64,000 nucleotides of DNA, taken from NCBI GenBank assembly GCA_025201805.1, contig MU619351.1, positions 2,942-66,941 of the forward strand, written 5' to 3'. Under the pieces are notes generated by a model. That model made no database searches, had not been told where the DNA came from, and saw nothing but the letters and a program-made list of their open reading frames with translations. Position numbers and translations under genes: made by a program. The DNA comes from Parasitella parasitica NRRL 2501. Lineage: Eukaryota > Fungi > Mucoromycota. The number at the start of each line of letters is the position of its first letter. The first letter of the stretch is position 1. Below, in pieces: positions 1-14,498 of this stretch.

Positions 1-1620
1 AAGGCAAGTGTGTTTTAGTTAAAGAAATATTACTGATGTGTCAATTTCCCAATCGGAAGTCGAACTCAAGTAAACTCAATCCTGAACACAATTCAGGAAC
101 ATATCCCAATGGATCATGTTCCTTATTTATAACTCAACATGACATGTTCATGGACAATAGATACGATCTATCGTTCCATTCTCTAAATCATACCATGTCT
201 CACACTTGTATCTTATCCTCCCATCAGTCCACTTAGATTCACTAGTATATAAACCATCATTTTTTCCATGTAATAAACGAGATCTTTACCTGATTAATTC
301 ACAACCGTTTTATTCGAATAATTTCTCATTCTGATAAATCAATTACTATATTTTCTTAACAAGCAATATTCAAAACTATTGCTGCAAAATTGAATGTCTC
401 TGATTATTTCTCTGCAATTCATATATTTTGGCAGGGAAAGTGTTCGAATTATAGCTGATATTATATTATTTACTTCACGAAACGACTCGTTATATACTAT
501 CAATTTGTCAAATATAAATATAATAGTAACTATTTCGAATAGTACATTTTTATCACAGAAGTAAAGTAGCGTTATCAAGCTCTAATCATCAACTTTCTTT
601 CCATCCACTATTCTGATCGACTGATTGATGTGCTAGGTCTTGAAAATGAGCACAGCAGACCATTGTGTATGATAGAAGAATAGAAAAGTAGTATAGGTCG
701 AAATAGCGGTATCCATGGTATTCTATTGACATAACACTAACAACTTCTTTTAGGACACACTGGTGTAGCATACATTTAAAAATTGCAACAGTTGACGATC
801 TCACTGACGGTTTGGAGTAATTCTGAAATTATTAATATTTGTCACTACGAGTCTTGAAAGACTGCAATTTCATTTATTAAACGGGCTTTAACAGCTCGCC
901 AGCGGATCTTATTGTCTATTAAACCTACTGCGGTTTAATTTTTTCGATGAGCTCAATAAAGGTGAACTTTGCCTGTAGATAAACGAGCAAATACTGCATA
1001 ATAATCATTATTTAGCCTTCATATCCTACACAATACTTATTGTATGCATCTAATAATTATATTCGACAATTCGAAGAAAGAATTTCCTATGACAAAGATC
1101 ACTTGAGAAAGTAGCATAACAATTTTTAATCGAATTGGATATCCAGTCTTGGGGCTAAGCTGAACGGTATCTGTCATGTTATGGCTCTGATTTTTTCATG
1201 AATGAGTACATCTTCTTCCATTAAGATCACACTAGACAATGAGTTTTCCATGCTGAAATATAACACAGAAATTCAAATATACCCCAAAACAATATAAAAT
1301 TTGGTTGCAGGCATGAGTAATGATTAACTTTATGCGTACCGTGCACAGTGTTGACAATTGCTTAAATAATAATGATGCATTCATAAACGCTGTCGTGTAA
1401 CAACCGGATTTGATGCAGTGATGGTGTCTAAAATATCTTTTAGTCTAACAAAGCAAGATGTATATGGTCATGCAGCATAAATGACGATTTTTGATCACTG
1501 TGAATGCCAGAATCGGGTGCTACTGCACCCAACCCAAATTGTAAAAGCTTATCAAACTGTGGTTCATGCAAGCTATAAAATTGAGTCTTTCCATGCTAAT
1601 TTTACTGTGTACCTTTTTCT

Positions 1621-1623
<3 letters not shown>

Positions 1624-1696
<73 letters not shown>
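1624..1696. repeat. Poly(T) tract (~73 nt) just upstream of the ATG at 1710
   Basis: Uninterrupted T run. The length may be inflated by assembly or gap filling. Confidence 0.9.
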
Positions 1697-1709
1697 CTCA
1701 ATTGTGAAA

Positions 1710-2414
1710 ATGTTTGCGTATTCCCAAGGTTATCAACAATTTTATGAGAATCAAAGACGATGGGAAGAAGCTCATTATCCGCTACCAGTGGAATATGACT
1801 TTTACGACCAAAACGAGTATTATTACCCTAAGCGATCAAAAAGTAAAAGACATGACAAAAATCAGAGGAGACGTAATTCTGCTCATAGGGAAGAGAGTCC
1901 GTTTATCGAATACGATGCAGCACATTATTTAGAATCTGATCCATACATAGCCATGTATCATCAATACCCTTACTACTACTACGAAGAAAGCGGCGAGAAC
2001 GACGACTTTAACTATTACCAGCCATATGCAAATAGTAACGATTCCCATGATGGTGGATCGAAATCAGTATCACATTCAAAAAGGAAACAACAAAAAAAAA
2101 GGCTCCATCGGCATCGCCATAAAAGTAGTTCTACCTTACAGAATGAAGGCTGGGTGCAACCAGCTCCTTTTGTAAGTCATCCGCCATTGATTATGGATCC
2201 CATGATGAATTTACAGCACCAACACCAACAACACATTCTAGGCGCTTGTGCGACAGATGCAATGATTCCTCCCAACGCAAATACATTTGGAATGGTTCCC
2301 CAAGCACCTCAACCTGGACCCATGATCAACCATACAAAACCTTGTTTTATGCAGTTGCAACCTAGTGCCAATTTCCATCCACCACCGCCCCCCCCTCCAG
2401 CGCCATTTGCATTT

Positions 2415-2449
<35 letters not shown>

Positions 2450-3359
2450 ACAATCACTGCTTCCATATTTACCCCAACCTTTACTTGAAGACTTGATCAA
2501 CAGTTTGATGATCAAAAATGAAAGATCAGAAGTGGTTAAAGCAGAGACAAATTTTACTCCTGCAAAACAAGAAGCAGCGCCAATCAAGGAACGCACGATT
2601 ACACCATCAACATCAGCACATGCTCCCACCCAAAATCAGTTACGCCGCAAGAAATCGTTGATAGAGAGTTTTCTCTCTTCGTTTTACCTGTTTGGGGACA
2701 ACCAGGGTAACACGATCGATAATAAGCCATGGGATCCAACATTGAACAAGGATGGCATTAATGCCAAGAATGATGCTACTACTTCCAACTCTGTATCGCC
2801 GCGTTCTGCTGCCAATGATTCCACAGCTTCAGCCATTGAACCTACTACAGTTGCTACTAATGACAAAGGGAATACAGCACTTTCACCCAAACTATCTCAA
2901 ACGATGGATGCATTGCAGAGTCGAGAATACATTTGGTGCTACAAAAGACAAAATGACGATGCAGCATTATGGACAGCATTTGGAGTGAAGAATCAAAAGA
3001 AGCTCGACCATCATTATGAAATGCTCCAGTCAGGGAAGCAGCAACGCACGGGAGTTGACAAGGGACCATCTGTAGATAGACCGGCATTTTTACCTGACGA
3101 TGTTATTACTCTAAGCAAGCAGTCGCAATTGAATGGCCCAGTGATGGTGTCATTGAATACAGCTACAGGCTGGTGTTTTGATAATGATTCTACGTTTTCT
3201 TTAGGCTCGGGTGGACACCAGAAACACATCTCATTGGATATCGCCTGTTTGCCTAGCCAGCAAAACAGATTTGTAGTATCAAAGGAACCAGCAGTTCGAA
3301 AGTCAAAATCAGTTGACGGTTTAGCTAGTAAATTCTTTAAGTCTGTTCGCAAATGGTGA
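1710..3359 (+). CDS. Hypothetical low-complexity (Y/Q/P-rich) protein with a C-terminal WWE-like region
   Basis: Single long ORF; likely ATG at 1710 (MFAYSQG). PolyQ tract. C-terminal YIWCYKRQNDDAALWTAFGVKNQKKLDHHY resembles a WWE-type W..W..F pattern. Confidence 0.75.
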
Positions 3360-3513
3360 ATCCTTACGATAATCGCTTTCACCAACACACACCTTGCGGT
3401 GACGGCCTTTGATAGGTTTCAGTGATAGCATCTTGATAGCATTTAAATAAAAAAAAAGCGCGCTCCTTTTACAATACGCATCTTATAACTTATACTATTG
3501 TAATACTAACAAC

Positions 3514-4672
3514 ATGTCTGCTTTCGCCAAACTAGTCCAAGAGAAGTTTGATTCCGCAAAGAAAAGCGAGGATTTGATCTCTTACGAGACGACTGAGGTG
3601 GAGAAGGCGTCTGGCGGTATGAATGTAAGTCTATTGTAGCCATTGTCTAGACATTTGAATCACTGATCTTGGTCCGCTTGCAGTTTATTCTCACCTTGGC
3701 GCCTGCTCTTAGTCAAAAGACTGCTCAAAACAAGGAAAGCAAGGACAGCAAGGAGAAACCCAATCCCTTCTTGAACCCCAATTCTGCTCTAGTTGTCAAG
3801 GAACTCGATCAGCATATCATGCTCTTGAACAAATTCGCGGTGTCTCCTAATCATTTGCTCATTGTCACCAAAGGTATGTGATTTCCGCACGAGCTCGGTT
3901 GGGTTCTCATTGTGTGCAATGCCAGAATTCAAAAAACAGACCGATCCTATTTTACCTGATGAGCTTTACGAGGCATTCAAGGCAATGACCGATTTCGGAT
4001 ATTCTCAACCTACTCTTGCCTTTTACAACTGTGGGCCAAACTCTGGCGCCAGGTAAGCTACATGGCAAGCAAAGGGAGGGATTCTCTTATTCATCCCATC
4101 CTGTCCCCTATAGTCAAGGACACAAACACATCCAAGTTCTTCCCTTGAACCGTGAACATGAATTCCAGCCTCCTGTCAAGCAATTATTCGACGAAATTCC
4201 AGATCGCCAAATCGGGCAGATTTATGCCATCAACAAACTCCCCTTTGTACATGTTATCATTGGCCTTGACAGCAACATTATTCGCGGCGCTAAAGACAAA
4301 AGAGATTCGTTAACAGAGTACTTGGGACAAGTCTTTTTTGGTCTTTTGGATGCTATGTTCCAGCAATTGCGTGAAAACTCTTCTTCTTTGAACCCCTCTT
4401 ACAACTTTTTGATGACCCAGGATTTCATGATGTTGGTTCCCCGTTCAAAGGACTCAGCTACCATCGAGCACGATGGCAAATCCTTTGAATTCTCCATCAA
4501 CTCACTGGGATTCGGTGGTTCCATCTTGTGCAAGACTGAGGAGGAGCTGGCAGCTTTGAAAGCGCAGGATAATTTAATGGATCTGTTGACCCAAGTCGGC
4601 ATTGCCTGGAGCCCTGATGCTGACAAATACGATGCTGAAAGACAGCTCGCTGAAACTTCGGAACTGGTCTAA
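3514..4672 (+). CDS. APA2: Ap4A phosphorylase / ATP adenylyltransferase (Apa1/Apa2 family), 4 exons
   Basis: Motifs NPFL, LLNKF, FYNCGPNSGASQGHKHIQ (HxHxQ), SYNFLMT..FMMLVPR and SINSLGFGG. Three GT-AG introns splice in frame. Confidence 0.9.
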
Positions 4673-4829
4673 GTTTTTGGGCTGTACACACTTTTGATTT
4701 CCAAATTACAAAGAGCAAATTTAGAAAATTTATAAAGTTTTACATTGAGGGAAGCTTATAAATGAAATAATGAGTAAACTTAAAATGTTGGTAAACAGCA
4801 TGGTTATGGAAAAAAAAAAAACAGTGTCT

Positions 4830-5911
4830 TCAAGAACCCAAGCGAATCCCTTGGCCAGGAAAATGGTTATTGCTAGTGTTATTTGTGCCTGAAGAGATGG
4901 TGGGGGTATTGTTGGCATTGCTTGCGGGCGTAAAGATAGGTAAATAGCTGTTGCTTGCAGCATCGATCGAGACAAAATTGTTTGATCTAGTCAAAGGCTG
5001 CAGCCATGCCTTTGATTCAAGCTGGATAAACTTTTCTTCGGGGGGAACAAGGAATCTGAGTCTGCCCTTTGCATCTATGCATGTTCACAGTTAGAATTTT
5101 ATTTTGTTGCGCAAACGTAAAAACTTACAGAGAAATCCAACAACAGCAGCACTAATGTTGAGAAACACAGAGGCATCCTGCACCAAGAAGATAAAAAAAA
5201 TGAACACTACTGCAGGCCACATCTTCTTGGGTATACGAATTGCACCCGCAATCCTAAAACAGCATGCTTTTTTTTAAACAAGGATAAAAGAAGCCGTCGG
5301 CTAATCACTTACATTCTGTCCTGTTGATCTTCTCCATCATCTTGCAAGTAAGACCAGAAAATCAACCCTACCACCCACCCTGCCATTCCACGACAGTCCC
5401 ATTCAAAAGGGACTCTGGCGTAGAGCTTACCAGTTGTAACAGATATCATGATTATAGAATAGACAATTCCCGGGATAATGGTAAATAAAACAAGGAGTAT
5501 CCACAAGAATCGGAGCGATCCTTGCTTCTTCTCCAGGCTGCACAATTCAGGAAGTAGCCATATATCAATAATGAACAGCTGAACAAAGCTATTTGTTGCA
5601 AAAGGATATAATACAAGCCTGTAAACTAGTGGATAATCCGATTAGTAATGCGGTCTATGAGCATGCGCTAGTATTATACCTTGAAAACTTATCACATTAA
5701 GAGATATACAGGATGATATGTTGATCTGCGCATTGAGCAATGGAAAAAGGATCTTGTCAAGGGTACAAATGATGATTGGAGTATATAGCGCGAGTTTTGT
5801 TACGGGTGGAATTGTTGTCAGATACTCTTTGACATGTTTAAAAAATGTTGAAATCGTACTGCTATAGGGGTTGGTGGTGTTTGCGTTACTATTTTGCGTG
5901 TAGCTGTCCAT
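4830..5911 (-). CDS. Rbd2-like rhomboid-family membrane protein, apparently a pseudoprotease, with C-terminal SHP box; 4 exons
   Basis: TIPPVTK and QVYRLVLYPF motifs, LEKKQGSLRF, multiple TM segments, and C-terminus FPGQGIRLGS* (SHP box). GMAG replaces GxSG. Confidence 0.75.
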
Positions 5912-6203
5912 TATTGCCGCAATAATATGGAATGCACAAGAGAAGAGAGGAAAATGGCTCAAGAAGCTACAGTTTTCTAAACCCGAGTGACACAAACAAC
6001 TTTTTCATTCTTTGCGCAATCATAGTACGGTACATGTTTACTTTGCTTGGATATATGGCAACCACGCTAACAATGCTTTGTATCAAGTTTTATTCTCTGT
6101 CTGTGCATTTGTACGAGATGCAGTTGACACGAAATTTGAATAGCAAACAATATCTACTGTGTTTTTGTGGTGCTGTCCTGTAGCTATTGGAGAGAGCGTC
6201 TAT

Positions 6204-7157
6204 TTATTTTTGTTCTTCCATTAGTAGCTTGTTGGGTTCGCCATCTTTACGGTCTCTACCCAAAGAAATCAATTTCAACATGGCATTTTTGAAATCCTCA
6301 AAAAATCTGTCTTGATCTTCAGCATATAATTCAGTGTAGCGACGAAAGGGTTGCTCCAGCATGACCATGTCTGTAGGCAGCATCATCAGTTCGTGTGTCT
6401 CTTCATCTTCAAACTGTCGGGGGCCATCCCACTTTTTTTCTCGCCATGTTCGAGTTAAGAGCATCTTGTAGAAATTATTGGTGAATTCTGTTTGGTTGGG
6501 CGTCCATGGTCCATCAAAGCCTTGATGGCTTTTATGACATTCACCGACTGCATGGGCTCCCATGAGAGCAACAGTCTCCTGAACTGTCATGCCCAGACGA
6601 TCTAGAAATACGTCAATGACATGGTTCTTTCCCAGCGACCCATCAGGCAATCGATTACGCGAAGGTATACTGTCCTTGTCATTTGTGTCGTATCTACCTC
6701 CATCCCAAGGGATATGTGGTCCGCCCATTTGTTCGACTGCCACACAGCCACCGAGACTATGGACAAAAAGAAAGAGTTAAAAGCATGAAAACACGGCATG
6801 CACTATCTGACTCACGTATATAAATCGGCGTAGGTTATCCATGGATGCTTTTCATGGACAGGCTCCAGCGCATTTCTTGCATTCTCCAGCCCTTTGTTGG
6901 CAGGATCAGAATACTGCTCTTTAAAACGCATTGTGCCACCCTGACTTCCACCGTTGTTTTGATGTCTATCATAAGTAGCGCATGAATGCCATGTGAGACG
7001 AATCCTAGTGACAGAAAGTTAGCAAGCGTACGCTGTTAGGAATGTTCGTTAGCAGTTACATGGATGGCCCGAATGTGCCTTTATCATATCTTTCTGTCGG
7101 GATTGCAGCAACGATGTCCTTCCTTACAGCATCATAATCACCGCTTTTGGTAGCCAT
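6204..7157 (-). CDS. Class I heme peroxidase (cytochrome c peroxidase-like, no mitochondrial presequence), 3 exons
   Basis: Distal IRLTWH, GGSQGGTMRF, HPWITYADL, proximal GAHAVG, GFDGPWT, LMMLPTD. Confidence 0.92.
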
Positions 7158-7571
7158 CTTTCTAATAAATATCGACAGGCTTCTTCTGTACATTGAATAG
7201 AAGAAAATAGCTACAGGCCTTGGTTCAACATTTTATACTATCTTTTGCAAAACCCTTGATGGTTCCAGCATTTGTCCAATCAGTCGATGATTCACCACGG
7301 CTAGTTTTTCCTCGTTACATTAAAATGAAACAGCAATGTTTGAGCGACACCTTGGGTTTGTGTCAAGCGTGTGTTGTCTATAAGGTCCCTTAAAGAAGAC
7401 CAAGGGAGGGGCACAGGTGCCTTCAAGTGTTCCTGCATCACAGTGCTGTAGTTGTATCTCGGACCGGGAGTTGTGTTGCAAAACAACCTATCATTCTCCC
7501 TATTAAAAAACAAAAAACCTCTTTTTTTTTTCTTTTTTTTTAGAGAAAACCAAGATAAAACATAGAACAAT

Positions 7572-9078
7572 ATGAGCGTAGACGATGTACTTTCGCTGTC
7601 ATTTGCATCTAGTATAGGCATTGAAAATATACAGGATGAAATTCTAGACGGCTCGAACCTGTATACGGATTTGGAGCAGCTTGAAAAGTCGGTTGACGCA
7701 GAATTTGAAGAGTACATGCACAGAGCACGCTCATTCCCGTTCAAGGAAAAGCAGAAATCGCTACACGATGCATCGATCCACTCTGATTATGAGATACTGG
7801 GCGAAGACTTGCTGGATCAGCTGAACGAACACACTCGGGGCGACAACAATGACTCATGGCAGCGATACATGGACAACAAGCAATCTGATGAGCATTACAA
7901 CGTGAAACCGCTTCGAAATACAGGCTCCTCTGCTGAAGCAAAGAGCCAGAGTCGATCCACTTCTCCTGGAGAGTATTTTGGTGCTCGATCTCTACCTTTT
8001 AATCATGATTGGCGAAGGCAGAGCCAACAGGATGACGATGGAGATGACCAGGGAATAGACGGCACACATGTGAGCAAACCGACCGTTTTTCATTTGTTTT
8101 ACACGTTCTAATTGCAAGCGTTTTAGTCCTCTTACAATAGCAAGGATCGACAGGTAATTTTGCCTTTCTGTTGGTATGTATGAGATGTGTATGGTATTGA
8201 CCAAGCCAAGTAGCGAAGTGCAATAGAAATTTCTTTAGATGCAAGATTTGTAAGTAAATTATGCTAGGGCGCAAAACAGAAAGAGAGAGTGAGGGAGCTC
8301 ATTTTTAATTACATATTTGTAGATAAGCTTGCCTAAATCACTCGGTGTCTATCCAAAATACGAATTACCCGAGATAGAACTGCATCACCCATATACCCAA
8401 CAAAAAGCCTATTCAAATCGATCGTCCGTGTCGTCCACCCATCAGCAGTGCTCATCAAGACAGCAGGATCAATTACAAGATGCACAATCAGATAACAGCG
8501 ATTTCAAGGGTGTTCAGTCTTTAAGCGATAGCGCTTCTGTGTCATCCAAATCACCCGATGCAAACTACACTATAGTGCCTTCCTCTCCTTTGCATTTTCT
8601 GTGCGAGATATCATCAAAGACAATCTACGCCAAAGTAGTTCACTTGAGATTAAGGAATTTGAGCTCGACATCTGTGAGGAAGTTTTCATTGTTTTCGGCA
8701 AACAGCATGCTTGATTTTGACATGACCGGAGGTCTGATATTAGAGGACGAAATGATAGAAATCAAGATCAAAATTAGATCTGGTGCGCTTGTGAATTATC
8801 AACGGCAGCAGCAGCAGCAGCAGCAGCAGGAGAGCGAGGAATATCCATCGCTGTCAGACAGAATCTTGGTTTTGATTGATCATCAGCATGTGAATGAACT
8901 GGATGTAATCATTGATTTTATATCACTGGAAGACGAGGACGAAGAGCAACTTGGAGATGAGCAAGAGGAGCCAGTAGAGGAAAAGGAGCCGCTGGATGAA
9001 CAGGCTCTTCTACTAGCAAATCGTCCAAAATGTCGATTCTGCGCCTTAGAAAAGGGATACCCATTATACAATCTGTAA
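7572..9078 (+). CDS. Hypothetical protein with a C-terminal beta-rich (PapD/ASH-like?) region and CxxC; includes two microexons
   Basis: Exons 7572-8069, 8141-8153, 8227-8249 and 8323-9078 join in frame via GT-AG introns. Confidence 0.7.
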
Positions 9079-9160
9079 TAATTTTTTTTTCTAGTGTTTT
9101 TTTATTCATAAAATGGCTTGTAATATACAGGGGATTCAGCAATGCTGTTCTTATTTTCTT

Positions 9161-9460
9161 CTACCACGATGACTTTTTGACACCAGGAAGTTCACCGTTC
9201 AAAGCCTTTAAACGAAACTGGAATCTGCACAACTTGAATTCACGGAGCACACCACTGCCATGACCAGTGGCAACGCAGCGGTTATGAATGAATGTAGGCG
9301 AAGAGTTTTTAGGCATGGCATTTAACTGTAATTGCGCTTGATGGCGCACACGAGCAGGTAACGTCTCATTTCTGGTAATGTATCTGAATGCTTGGCGAGT
9401 GATTTCATTGTTGGCAACTGCTTGGCGAGCGTTGATATCACGGAGTATACGGCACCTCAT
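9161..9460 (-). CDS. MRP2: Mitochondrial ribosomal protein uS14m
   Basis: S14 signature IHNRCVATGHGSGVLREFKLCRFQFRLKALNGELPGVKKSSW. Confidence 0.93.
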   Translation of the reverse strand: MRCRILRDINARQAVANNEITRQAFRYITRNETLPARVRHQAQLQLNAMPKNSSPTFIHNRCVATGHGSGVLREFKLCRFQFRLKALNGELPGVKKSSW

Positions 9461-9471
9461 ATTGTGTGTTG

Positions 9472-9474
<3 letters not shown>

Positions 9475-9505
<31 letters not shown>

Positions 9506-9514
9506 GAGAGTGAG
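9475..9514. repeat. (AG)n microsatellite in the uS14m 5' region
   Basis: agagagag... run visible directly. Confidence 0.9.
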
Positions 9515-10022
9515 TGGAGCGCAAGGCTCAAGAGTAGGGGTTGAAATTCATTCAAGGATCCGATAAAGGGTCACGTATGTCGACGAAAACCAGCTTGTCA
9601 ATGGCAAGGATAACGCCCTATTTTCATTAGTAAATTCAGTAATTGGACAGTAGATTCGTTGTAGCTATGCTCATCCTTCTTCGACTGCAATGACATCTTT
9701 CACTGCAGGCCGATTAAAAAGCATCAAATGTCTAATGCTGAGTTTGGGCAGCATTTGTTCAATATTTTGACAGTTCCAAATCGAAATACACAGCATAATC
9801 AGATCCTATCAGATGAGCCAAGCATGTATCTATGCTCTACGTGTCCCAAGCCAAGAGCTATTGTTGGTTATCATGCTATGACCTTAAACGAATAAAGAGA
9901 GATAGCAGATGACGTATCAAGAAGGTGGCTTACAACAAGCAATGATTCAGCACTCCGCGTAGATGCTAGACAATTAAAGAGAGCTTCTTTCATTTAGATA
10001 CATCTCTTTTTCTAAGCTTAAT

Positions 10023-12340
10023 ATGGATTCTAAAGAAACAACCAGTGGTTTTGGAAAGAACCCTAGGCCTCCCAAGGTAAAAAGAAAGCAATATTAAATA
10101 GCACATATACCTACGTGCTCACTGTTGTAATGTAATCTAGGTCAAGAATAAGAGTGCTGCTCCTGTTCAAATCACGGCCGAGCAAATTCTTCGTGAAGCT
10201 CATGACCGTAGACTTGAACCCACACACAACATCCCTCAACAAAAGATAGCAGACTTGGAAGAGCTGTCAGAATTCAGACAACGTAAACGCAAAGAGTTTG
10301 AAGACAACATCAGAAAGAATCGATTAAATATCAGTAATTGGATTAAGTATGCCAACTGGGAAGAGAGCCAGATGGAGTTCCAGCGTGCTCGTTCAGTGTT
10401 TGAGCGTGCGCTCGACGTTGAATGGCGCAACAATGCTCTGTGGCTGCGTTATGTGGATATGGAATTGAAGAACAAGAGCGTGAACCATGCTCGTAATTTG
10501 CTTGACCGCGCCACCACGCTGTTGCCCCGTGTCGATCAGTTTTGGTACAAGTACACCTACATGGAAGAGACACTGGGAGACGTGCCCAAAGCTAGAAACG
10601 TATTCGAACGCTGGATGAAATGGGAACCTACAGAGAATGCTTGGATGGCGTACATCAAGATGGAACTGCGATACAATGAGAAGCAGCGTGCTCGTGGCAT
10701 TTACGAAAGATTCGTGAGCATTCATCCCGAACCTGCCAATTGGATCAAATGGGCTCGATTTGAAGAAGGACACAACAACCTCAACAAGTGCAGGGAAATC
10801 TACACTGCAGGCCTGGAATATTTGGGAGAGGAAAATATAGATCAGAAATTGCTTGTTGCATTTGCTAAATTTGAGATCAAAGCAAAAGAGGTAAGAGGAC
10901 CCAGATTTTCAAAATGGCACTGGAAAACTTACTTTTTTTTTTTTTTTTTTTATGTGCCAGTTTGAAAGAGCTCGTGTCATCTTCAAGTACGGCTTGGATC
11001 GTCTTGCTAAATCCAAATCACAATCTTTATATAATCAATACACTAACTTTGAAAAGCAATACGGCGACAAGGCTGGCATTGAGGATGTAGTTATCGGTAA
11101 AAGACGCGTACAGTATGAGCAAGAGATTGAAGAAACTCCAAAGAATTACGACATTTGGTTTGATTATGCAAAGTTGGAGGAATCTGCGGGCGACCCAGTA
11201 CGAGTTCGTGAGGTCTATGAAAGAGCAATTGCACAAGTGCCACCTGCCGAAGAAAAGAGATTTTGGAGACGCTATATCTACCTTTGGATCAATTACGCAC
11301 TGTACGAAGAACTCGAAAGCCAGGATATAGAACGCACACGACAAGTCTACGAACAGTGCATTCAATTGATACCACACAAGAAATTCACATTTGCAAAAAT
11401 TTGGCTACTGTACGCACAATTTGAAATTAGACAGATGGAGGTTGGGAAAGCAAGAAAGCTGCTCGGCAGAGCTATTGGCGTCTGCCCCAAGAACAAATTG
11501 TTTAAAGGATACATCGATTTAGAATTCCAGCTGAGAGAGTTTGACCGCTGTCGCACCATCTACACAAAATACCTTGAATACGACTCTTCGAATTGTTCTG
11601 CTTGGATACAGTTTGCAGAGCTGGAAAAGAACGTGTTGGACGAAGCGGAAAGATGTCGCGCCATCTTTGAGCTTGCTGTTGCTCAAGAAAACCTCGACAT
11701 ACCTGAATTATTATGGAAAGCATACATCGATTTCGAAATTGGCCAAGAAGAATATGAAAAGACAAGAGACCTCTATTACCGCCTACTGGAGCGTACAGAA
11801 CATGTCAAGGTGTACATTAGTTTTGCACAGTTTGAACTGTCTATACCGTACGAAGGCGGTAACGAACAAGGTGTATTGCGTGCTCGTAAGATCTTCGAGG
11901 CTGCCTACAGCAAGATGAAGGAGAAGGAGCTCAAGGAAGAGGTAAAACAAATGACAAGTGTACATGGTTTATTGCGTCATGGCTAACATGTTATGCCTGT
12001 ATTGTAGCGTGTTTTGTTACTTGAAGCTTGGAAAGACTTTGAAGAAAATTACGGCGATGATACAACAAGAGAAATTGTTAAAATGAAGATGCCCAAGGTT
12101 GTCAAGAAGAGAAGAAGAGCTGCTGATTCAACTGAAGACAATATCATTTGGGAGGAATACTTTGATTACATCTTTGCAGATGATGAAGTACAAAATCGCT
12201 CACTCAAGTTCCTGCAAATGGCACAAGCCTGGCAAAAGGTACGGAGTTTATTATGATGTATGTATTGATGAGCAAGTTGGAAACTGACACACTTTTTATG
12301 TGATTAGAAAAAGGAGCAAGATGGCGATAACCAATCTTGA
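10023..12340 (+). CDS. CLF1: Pre-mRNA splicing factor Clf1/crooked neck (HAT repeats, NTC), 5 exons
   Basis: [22 protein letters not shown]; [14 protein letters not shown]; HAT repeats; EEYFDYIF near the C-terminus. Confidence 0.97.
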
Positions 12341-12417
12341 TAAACTGTTAATACTAATAAAAAATTCATATATTTATATATATATATATAATATATATTT
12401 GCACGGTATACAAGAAA

Positions 12418-14457
<2,040 letters not shown>

Positions 14458-14461
14458 ATTG

Positions 14462-14498
<37 letters not shown>

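Noticed and set aside
1481-1709. Poly-Phe N-terminal extensions of ORFs 1481 and 1566
   Set aside because: Artefact of translating the poly(T) tract; the ATG at 1710 is the plausible start.
10236-11965. Numerous antisense and alternate-frame ORFs over CLF1 (likewise over RPD3 and the M13 peptidase)
   Set aside because: Shadow ORFs of real coding sequence with no motifs of their own.
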